A stretch of DNA of 63,589 nt, counting the filler, from Octopus bimaculoides (lineage: Eukaryota), in NCBI RefSeq assembly GCF_001194135.2. It is 5 parts of 5 records of this genome, joined end to end, with 100 filler letters (N's around TTAATTAATTAA, not from the genome) between each part and the next. Parts side by side here need not be neighbours in the genome. Positions count along the whole stretch, not along the records: positions 1 to 28,311 come from NC_069000.1; 4 more parts are not named here. One strand, 5' to 3'. Made by a program: the position numbers and the translations under genes. This document shows positions 1 to 8,130 of this stretch, in pieces (within the stretch, counting starts at the first letter, position 1; the number at the start of each line of letters is the position of its first letter). Under the pieces are notes generated by a model. The model was not told the DNA's origin and made no database searches. It worked only from the letters and a program-made list of their open reading frames with translations.

Positions 1-123
1 GCGTGTGTATGTGTATGTGTGAGAGAGAAAAGGAGAGAGAGTAAAATGCTACATTTGACAATTAAGCGTTGCCACATTAAATGGTTTCCTTAAATTCTCT
101 TTTGATCATCTGTTTTCTTTCAG

Positions 124-393
124 ATCCTGTTGATGCCATCAGACTAATTCCAGATGTCAGAGAATGGAGACTGGTTCGTGGCACCAAAAAAACATTCCGA
201 TGTGTAGCACTTGGCAACCCTGACCCCACAATCATATGGGAGTTCTTCCCACAGGCATCTCAAACTAGCAGGATATCTTGGGGTAGAACTATCAAACTGG
301 ACCCTGACACAAGTGGAGTCTATGTGTGTACTGCTAACAACACAGTTGGTGGAATTTCCTATAAATTGACCAAGACTTTGACCGTTACTGTCT
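124..393 (+). CDS. IgSF receptor copy 1, Ig domain exon 'Ig3-a' (I/C2-like set), phase 1-1
   Basis: Pyrimidine-rich acceptor ttttctttcag|124 and donor 393|gtaagt. The 270-nt exon encodes DPVDAIRL...TFRC...PTIIW...DTSGVYVCTANN...LTVTV, with the canonical Ig Cys-Trp-Cys and D-x-G-x-Y-x-C motif. Confidence 0.88.
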
Positions 394-596
394 GTAAGTC
401 AACCATCACTGCTTTCATCTCTCTCACTCTCTCTCTCTCCCTCACTCTCTGAATTCTTCCTTTCTATTGTCTTCGATTTTTACTCTCTTATTTTAACTTC
501 AAGAAGCATCATTTCTACCTGGCTATAATGACACACTATCTGTGTCCTTATACTTTCAAGCAGGGAATTCAGCATCCCCACCTTGCACGAAACAAC

Positions 597-766
597 ATCT
601 GTTGACTACATTATTTACATTTGACGGATATTTGTCCTCATCTTGTTTGTTGTTAACACAACGTTTCGGCTGATATACCCTCCAGCCTTCGTCAAGATGA
701 GGACAAATATCCATCAAATGTAAATAATTCCTCATCTCTTAAATATAGAACTGTATCTGTTGACTA
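597..766. mobile_element. 146-bp fold-back insertion (609-754) with 12-bp target-site duplication, Penelope-like
   Basis: Absent from the paralogous intron at ~3330-3347. Flanked by ATCTGTTGACTA at 597-608 and 755-766. Carries a 35-bp inverted repeat (611-645 / 693-727, 1 mismatch) and a truncated hammerhead core on the minus strand. Confidence 0.85.
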
Positions 767-970
767 GTTTGAGGGTCATTGCTCTTTATCAACACAGAGC
801 AGCTTTTTGGCTAGATGGCACTGCTGAGTTCATGGTTCAAATATATAGATTCCAAGGTGACACACAGCCACTGATCTAGAAATAGAAATACTATTATTTC
901 GAGAGAGACATTTAGAGAGAGACATTCAGTAACAATTCTTTAAAGTAATAGCTAATTACAAAACATATGA

Positions 971-1026
<56 letters not shown>

Positions 1027-1239
1027 CAATTTATGTATATATTAATATTATCTCGGTTGAAAAAACTTTGACAATTTAAATATGTTAATAGTTACAATGG
1101 GTAGCAAAAATCACACAAAAACCAGGATATCACACCCATTTTATAGGTAGAAATACAAAGTTAAAGGGATGTATTTTGAGTAGATATGAAGAATAATAAT
1201 AAATGGAGCAAAACACATATAAACAATAAGTTCCTTTAA

Positions 1240-1326
1240 TTCCTACATATGTTTCAAAATATATGTGCACTCTACTCCAAAGCAGTAAGAGGTGCTGGAA
1301 TTGCATATATATTCATCGTCAGGGAA
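1240..1326 (-). ncRNA. Minimal type I hammerhead ribozyme motif (Penelope-like element type)
   Basis: Minus strand reads UUCC-CUGACGA-U-GAAUAUAUAUGCA...UGCACAUAUAUUU-U-GAA-ACAUAUGU-A-GGAA. Stem I is 4 bp, stem II pairs 12/13, stem III is palindromic, and the cleavage triplet is GUA. Confidence 0.8.
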
Positions 1327-1479
1327 CCAAAATGCAGAAGCAAGATATATTCGAAATGTTAAGGTTACGTACGAGTTATAAGATTATATAGCTAAGTAAG
1401 TGACCATTAGAAACAAGAACACTGGTTTTCATAGATTTATAATGGGAGGGAGACTGTGACCGCTATACTAAAGGTATAA

Positions 1480-1701
1480 TCACCATTTTTTGCGAGAGTA
1501 ACGTTGGAAGTCCTGCACAGGAATTGAAACTTTGTGTTGGCAGTAACTGCGCTACACCAAACCCACCGGTTAAACAGGTCGATCAGTGCATTTTCACACA
1601 AACTGCAAGCCTAATGTTTCAAGTCACCAAAGCAACCATGGAGGCTACATGTAGAGTGGGGACAAGTTCATTGGAAGTAAAACAAACCTGGCAAGTAGAC
1701 T
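1480..1701 (+). pseudogene. 5'-truncated copy of the Ig2 (C2-like) exon
   Basis: About 95% identical to 26608-26794 and ends at a phase-1 donor (gac t|gtaagt, 1701). It lacks the first ~60 nt and the acceptor present in the 26547 copy. Confidence 0.75.
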
Positions 1702-2740
1702 GTAAGTTGTCTGCTTTTCTTTTCTATTGCTAACCACAGTGAGTTGGTTGGATTCTGTGTAAACAATGGATGGGAGGCAATGTGCCTTCATCAAGAGATT
1801 GGTGTTTAGGGATTTATTGGAACCGGTGTTCACCCAATACTCAAGATTCTTGGACTAGGTGTGAAGGTGGGAAATGATGTTGCCAGAAATTTGTTGGAAG
1901 ACTCTCACATAGCAAGTCATTACATCTGAGTTGTGAGAGAAGATGAGTGATGCAGGAAGAATGAGCATGGGAGAGGACAGANNNNNNNNNNNNNNNNNNN
2001 NNNNNNNNNNNNNNNNNNNNNNNNNNNNNNNNNNNNNNNNNNNNNNNNNNNNNNNNNNNNNNNNNNNNNNNNNNNNNNNNNNNNNNNNNNNNNNNNNNNN
2101 NNNNNNNNNNNNNNNNNNNNNNNNNNNNNNNNNNNNNNNNNNNNNNNNNNNNNNNNNNNNNNNNNNNNNNNNNNNNNNNNNNNNNNNNNNNNNNNNNNNN
2201 NNNNNNNNNNNNNNNNNNNNNNNNNNNNNNNNNNNNNNNNNNNNNNNNNNNNNNNNNNNNNNNNNNNNNNNNNNNNNNNNNNNNNNNNNNNNNNNNNNNN
2301 NNNNNNNNNNNNNNNNNNNNNNNNNNNNNNNNNNNNNNNNNNNNNNNNNNNNNNNNNNNNNNNNNNNNNNNNNNNNNNNNNNNNNNNNNNNNNNNNNNNN
2401 NNNNNNNNNNNNNNNNNNNNNNNNNNNNNNNNNNNNNNNNNNNNNNNNNNNNNNNNNNNNNNNNNNNNNNNNNNNNNNNNNNNNNNNNNNNNNNNNNNNN
2501 NNNNNNNNNNNNNNNNNNNNNNNNNNNNNNNNNNNNNNNNNNNNNNNNNNNNNNNNNNNNNNNNNNNNNNNNNNNNNNNNNNNNNNNNNNNNNNNNNNNN
2601 NNNNNNNNNNNNNNNNNNNNNNNNNNNNNNNNNNNNNNNNNNNNNNNNNNNNNNNNNNNNNNATGCTACATTTGACAATTAAGCGTTGCCACATAAAATG
2701 GTTTCCTTAAATTCTCTTTTGATCATCTGTTTTCTTTCAG

Positions 2741-3010
2741 ATCCTGTTGATGCCATCAGACTAATTCCAGATGTCAGAGAATGGAGACTGGTTCGTGGCA
2801 CCAAAAAAACATTTGACTGTGTAACACTTGGCAACCCTGAGCCCACAATCATGTGGGAGTTCTTCCCGCAGGCATCTCAAACCAGCAAGATATCTTGGGG
2901 TAGATCTATTGAACTGGACCCTGACACAAGTGGAGTCTATGTGTGTACGGCTAACAACACAGTTGGTGGAATCTCCAATAAGTTGACCAAGACTTTGACC
3001 GTTACTGTCT
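2741..3010 (+). CDS. IgSF receptor copy 1, Ig domain exon 'Ig3-b', phase 1-1
   Basis: Acceptor tttctttcag|2741 and donor 3010|gtaagt. 270 nt, open frame, 17 nt / 8 aa differences from 124-393. Confidence 0.9.
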
Positions 3011-3639
3011 GTAAGTCAACCATCACTGCTTTCCTCTCTCTCACTCTCTGAATTCTTCCTTTCTATTGTCTTTGATTTTTACTCTCATATTTTAACTTCA
3101 ATTCTTCTTTTCACCCTTATCATTTCTCTGCCTCTACCTGCAAACATCACAACTCTTTCTATCTGTTTCTCATTGGTAATATATATATATACATACACAC
3201 ACACACACACACACATATATAAATAGAATTATTAGCCCCTAGAAGCATCATTTCTACCTGGCTATAACGACACACTATCTGAGTCCTTATACTTTCAAAC
3301 AGGGAATTCAGCATCCTCACCTTGCACGAAACAACATCTGTCGACTAGTTTCAGGGTCATTGCTCTTTATCAACACAGAGCAGCTTTTTGGCTAGATGGC
3401 ACTGCTGAGTTCATGGTTCAAATATATAGATTCCAAGGTGACACACACAGCCACTGATCTAGAAATAGAAATACTATTATTTCGAGAGACATTCAGTAAC
3501 AATTCTTTAAAGTAATAGCTAATTACCAACATTATAACAACCCTTTTACCAGTGACTGGGGGAGTTGATATCATTTTCTTACCATGCTCTCGCTTGCTTC
3601 GTCTGTTTCTGATTAAAAAAATTTATTTATCACTTTAAG

Positions 3640-3753
3640 ATGATCTCCGGACAAAGCCAATGCCACCAACAATGATTGAAGAGCTTTCAACATGCAAACC
3701 AAATCCCAGAACCACAACAGAGAAAGCTGTTGCTTCTGCTGCTTCTGTTACAG
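3640..3753 (+). CDS. IgSF receptor stalk exon (Pro/Thr/Ser-rich), phase 1-1
   Basis: tttaag|3640 and 3753|gtaaat. In frame with Ig3-b, it encodes (Y)DLRTKPMPPTMIEELSTCKPNPRTTTEKAVASAASVT. Confidence 0.75.
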
Positions 3754-4596
3754 GTAAATGGATTTCCTGCCACCCGTCTTTGTTACATTGTTTTTGTTTT
3801 TGTTCAGCCCCAGGTCAGTCAGGCTTGAGAAAAAATTTGTTATTGAGACATACCACTAGGAGTACATTATCTAATGTGCTTTTTATCTATGTAAATATAT
3901 ACATATATATATATATATATANNNNNNNNNNNNNNNNNNNNNNNNNNNNNNNNNNNNNNNNNNNNNNNNNNNNNNNNNNNNNNNNNNNNNNNNNNNNNNN
4001 NNNNNNNNNNNNNNNNNNNNNNNNNNNNNNNNNNNNNNNNNNNNNNNNNNNNNNNNNNNNNNNNNNNNNNNNNNNNNNNNNNNNNNNNNNNNNNNNNNNN
4101 NNNNNNNTATGCATACACACACATATATACACATAACTTCACTAAACAGTATGAATAAATTATATTACATGTGTTTCCATAATGTAGCTATTTATTTGTT
4201 CTAAGTTGAATTATATAACCAGACCCTTTCAGCAGGCATTTTGAATAGTTCACAGATAAGATTGATCACACATACACACACATATCAGTACATGTATGAG
4301 TATGTATATATATATATATATATATACATATGTATGTATGTATATGTGTGTGTGTGTATATATATTTATATATATACATACACAAGTTCAGTTAAAGGTT
4401 AGATACCTCATTAAGGGATAAAAAATCGAATGAATTTACTGGTATATTACCTATTATAAATATTGAATATTATATTTAATATTCAGCAATAAGGTAATTG
4501 GTATAATCATTGAAGCTTGTCTCATATTTACTTCTTTCATTTGTGTTTTTTATTTTTTTTTTATTTCTAATGAATTTCTTCTTTTCTTTTGATCAG

Positions 4597-4710
4597 AAAC
4601 ACTGAATATTATGATTACAAGTGTCATCTCTACGTTGATCATCCTCATTGTTGTGACTGTCTTTGCCATCATTCTGTACAAGTATAGAGCTAGACCAGCA
4701 AAAATTCAAA
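4597..4710 (+). CDS. IgSF receptor transmembrane exon, phase 1-1
   Basis: Long polypyrimidine tract ending gatcag|4597 and donor 4710|gttagt. Encodes (E)TLNIMITSVISTLIILIVVTVFAIILY-KYRARPAKIQ, a hydrophobic helix followed by a basic stop-transfer stretch. Confidence 0.88.
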
Positions 4711-4999
4711 GTTAGTTTATGTCAATTAAGATTTCTTATAAACCACCTTTAAATTACATGTCTATGTCCACCTTGCCTTTGGTTTTAGTCCTTTTTTATA
4801 CCTGTAGGTAACATTTACCTTTCTTCCTTCTATATATTTACCTTTTACCAATCCTGTGAGTGAGTGAATGTTTGTGTGTGCTTGGTTTGATGTGTGTGTG
4901 TGAGTGTGTCTTTGTTTTTCTGTGTGTATGTACTTTACAGAAATGATCCTGTTCTCTTTAACCAATCCCATTAATTAAATCTCTCTTAATCTCTTTCAG

Positions 5000-5021
5000 A
5001 ACCTCGACGAGCTCCACAGAA
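5000..5021 (+). CDS. Probable 22-nt cytoplasmic micro-exon (KPRRAPQ), phase 1-2
   Basis: ctctcttaatctctttcag|5000 and 5021|gtaaga. Open in the frame coming from the TM exon. Confidence 0.5.
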
Positions 5022-5489
5022 GTAAGATAAGATTTCGCNNNNNNNNNNNNNNNNNNNNNNNNNNNNNNNNNNNNNNNNNNNNNNNNNNNNNNNNNNNNNN
5101 NNNNNNNNNNNNNNNNNNNNNNNNNNNNNNNNNNNNNNNNNNNNNNNNNNNNNNNNNNNNNNNNNNNNNNNNNNNNNNNNNNNNNNNNNNNNNNNNNNNN
5201 NNNNNNNNNNNNNNNNNNNNNNNNNNNNNNNNNNNGGGGTGGTGTTACTGCAGATTTCTATGTTTGTGTGTACATATATATATACACACAAATGGTGTAT
5301 GTCTGTGTGTGTGCCTATATGTATATATGAATATACATATGCCTTTTATCTTTTACTTGTTTGAGTCATTTGAATGTGGTCATGCTGGTGCACCACCTTC
5401 AATATATGGGTGTATGTGTATTAATTTTAGTAAGAATAGCTTTGACAATGTATTGTGGAAGGATTCCGATCACCCTTAACTGACCAGAG

Positions 5490-5680
5490 GTGGACGGACT
5501 CATTGCATACCAGTGCAATCTTCTCTCTTGCACACCACATCTGATGCTTTTTTACGCCCAATTTCTCTCTCAAGATGCTTACACTCTGTCATACATGCAC
5601 AGAGACCAATTCTCACTTTTCCTGTTTGTGCTTTCACAGTTTTACAAGTTCTTTGATGTTTTGTGACAATCTTCATGTGC
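5490..5680 (-). mobile_element. RTE-clade LINE, C-terminal fragment
   Basis: With frameshifts, the minus strand reads LREKLGVKSIRCGVQERRLHWY, similar to the RTE remnant near 24.6-24.7 kb. Confidence 0.6.
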
Positions 5681-5686
5681 ATATCA

Positions 5687-5780
5687 ACAGAATGGTATTA
5701 ACAGAATGGTATTAACAGAATGGTATTAACAGAATGGTATTAGCAGAATGGTATTAGCAGAATGGTATTAGCAGATGGTT
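5687..5780 (+). repeat. 14-bp minisatellite (ACAGAATGGTATTA)x~6.5
   Basis: Directly visible. The later units carry GCAG instead of ACAG. Confidence 0.9.
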
Positions 5781-5999
5781 AATGCATTTCATGAATGACA
5801 ACTAATTATTGTTAGGAATCACGAAAGTACTTCTAAAATTTCAGAGTCAAAAAGTTAAATGTGAAACAATCCATGCTGGAATATGAGTGTGCATATACAC
5901 AGAAATATATATACATCAATAGGTGTATATACATATACATCTGCATAAATATATATAGATAGATACAGATATATATATGTGTGTGTGTGTGTGTGTATG

Positions 6000-6030
<31 letters not shown>

Positions 6031-6066
6031 AAGGTATGTATAATCTGGTATTTATGTTTTCTCTAG

Positions 6067-6154
6067 CAACCGGAGACAAGTGAATATGATGAACGGAAAA
6101 CTGGGCCATGCCCATTTGCAAGGGACCCCAAAGAATATTCAGATGTATAACAAT
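6067..6154 (+). CDS. Probable cytoplasmic-tail exon (88 nt; reading frame uncertain)
   Basis: ttttctctag|6067 and 6154|gtgagt, an island of non-repetitive sequence. Frame 0 gives QPETSEYDERKTGPCPFARDPKEYSDV*. Frame 1 gives NRRQVNMMNGKLGHAHLQGTPKNIQMYNN. Confidence 0.55.
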
Positions 6155-6533
6155 GTGAGTGAACTCATTTCCCTTCTTTCTGGTAAACACTCACGCATAC
6201 ACCTGCACAAATGCATGCATACACCCATATACACATACGTACACACACAATGTCCCCTTTTCCTCGCTTTGATATGTCAAATGGAATTTATTGAGGAAGA
6301 TTTCTCTAGGTTCATGCCATTCCTGTCTCCAATCGTCACCGTTTTCCAAGCAAGGTTATATTCTGCATGGCCAGACATGTTTCTTTATGGCCATTTTGGA
6401 CCCAATGGCATCACTTGTAACAAGATGATGCTTATTTACAAACATTATGTGATCTCAGGATAAGGTGACATTCATACACACACACACACACACACACGTG
6501 AGTGTGTGTGTATACATATATACCAATACACAC

Positions 6534-6580
<47 letters not shown>

Positions 6581-6800
6581 GGTTTTTAACTTTTAAATTT
6601 TCATATTCAAAAGAGAGAATCTAGTTAATGATCCCCTAAGGTAAGTTCTTATGCTATATTGGTAACGGTTGCTACATCCTCTGGAAAATTATTATATATA
6701 TATATACATTCTACAGAATATGTTTTGTGGCTCTGCCATTTTCAACCCATTGCATTCTGTTTGCATTTTCATGATACTTATTCCGTTGTTCTTTTGCCAG

Positions 6801-7017
6801 GCATTTGACTGCTGAGGAGAATGAAGAAGGCCTACCTTACATGAAATTTGCTTCAGATGACAATCACTGCAGTAGGAAACCACTGGTTCCCCTCCCACCA
6901 CAATTCTTACAGCTAGGACACAATATTACCAAGCGACTAGAGAGGAGAGCTATCTCTCTTTCTCTATGCCTCTCTCTCTCTCTCTTTCCCATTATTTCTC
7001 TCTATCTATCTGGCTAG
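6801..7017 (+). CDS. Possible terminal cytoplasmic exon
   Basis: gttgttcttttgccag|6801. Phase-2 entry gives HLTAEENEEGLPYMKFASDDNHCSRKPLVPLPPQF..., while phase-0 entry gives AFDC*. The 3' part runs into a (CT)n repeat. Confidence 0.4.
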
Positions 7018-7369
7018 CTATATGTGCAGGTGTCTATCTGTGTAGGTAACTAATTAGCTAACTCTCATTGTTCTATAAAGATAAGCTGTCTCTTTTCATG
7101 TCACACCCTGATCTCTGTAAAATATTTCTCTCTTAACTGCTGCATTCCACATGTGGCTCCATGTGTATGTCCGTGTGGGTGTCTGTGTATTTGTGAACAG
7201 AGTGCATCAGTTTTTTGAGGTTGTTTCTATGAATTTATAGAAAGACACATAGTTCCTCAACAAAACGCCATATTTGAAAACCAATTGGTACGAATAATCT
7301 TGAGAGTTGTTTAACCACACTTATTTAAGGAATCCACTTTAATATAGGGGGTCAAAAATATTGACATGT

Positions 7370-8130
7370 CTCTAATCAGATGACCTTTATCAATTTTGGT
7401 CATACTGCTGAGGATGGCAGACTCAAATTCGTATGGTGTTATGGGGATGTTCATTGAGCTCTCTCATGATTATGTCCCATGTGTAATAATCCCTTGATAA
7501 TTGCCGAGGTAGAAGGTCATGGGTCTAGGAGAATATGATCATGGTGATTGTTATGCATCCACACTTGGGATGTCCTAGCCTTATGAACTGGAGCAGAGAC
7601 AGTCTTCCATTGCATCTGTTGTCTATCCAGGAGGACTCACAACTTTCTGCAACACTTCTGTGCAGACAGCAACATTGACTTTTAAGCCCTGTGAAAAAAG
7701 TGATGAGGCGTGACATCTTTGTCATTGCTGACACCTCCTAGAACCCTCACGCTCACTGGGAATCTTTGTATGCATGACCATTGGAACCTCGTCTGCTCTT
7801 CCCTCGGTTTATCCTTGGACCTGATTGAAAGTTTTTGTTCCTCAGAGGAAAACCAAAACTCTCCAGCCTCTTGGTGTTTCATCTTCTTTAACAATCACTC
7901 TGCACAGATGGAAAAATTCTCTCTTCTTACATCTGACATAAGCTGAGCACTCCACATCACATACGAGTTGTAACAGATCCCCTCCTGCACAAATCTTCCC
8001 ATGATGCATTCTGAATACTTGAGGTCCTTTGCAATGGCTCTGAATGACTTTCCAAGCATTTTATCAATTATTCTTGGTTTTTTTGTACAAAGTTATGTGT
8101 CCTGGTGGTATTAGAACCCTGTGTAACATG
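7370..8130 (-). mobile_element. Decayed Tc1/mariner transposase, most like the DD37D (maT) group
   Basis: ORF 7682-7894 reads KHQEAGEFWFSSEEQKL...FPVSVRVLGGVSNDKDVTPHHFF. Frameshifted downstream pieces read APVHKARTSQVWMHNNHHDHI and DYYTWDIIMRELNEHPHNT. These match the FSDEK / FP..VMVLGVVS..GDV / D.AP.H / LDY..W motifs. No TIRs could be delimited. Confidence 0.75.

Noticed and set aside
5687-5780. CRISPR-like array
   Set aside because: It is a contiguous minisatellite without unique spacers, in a eukaryotic context with no cas genes.
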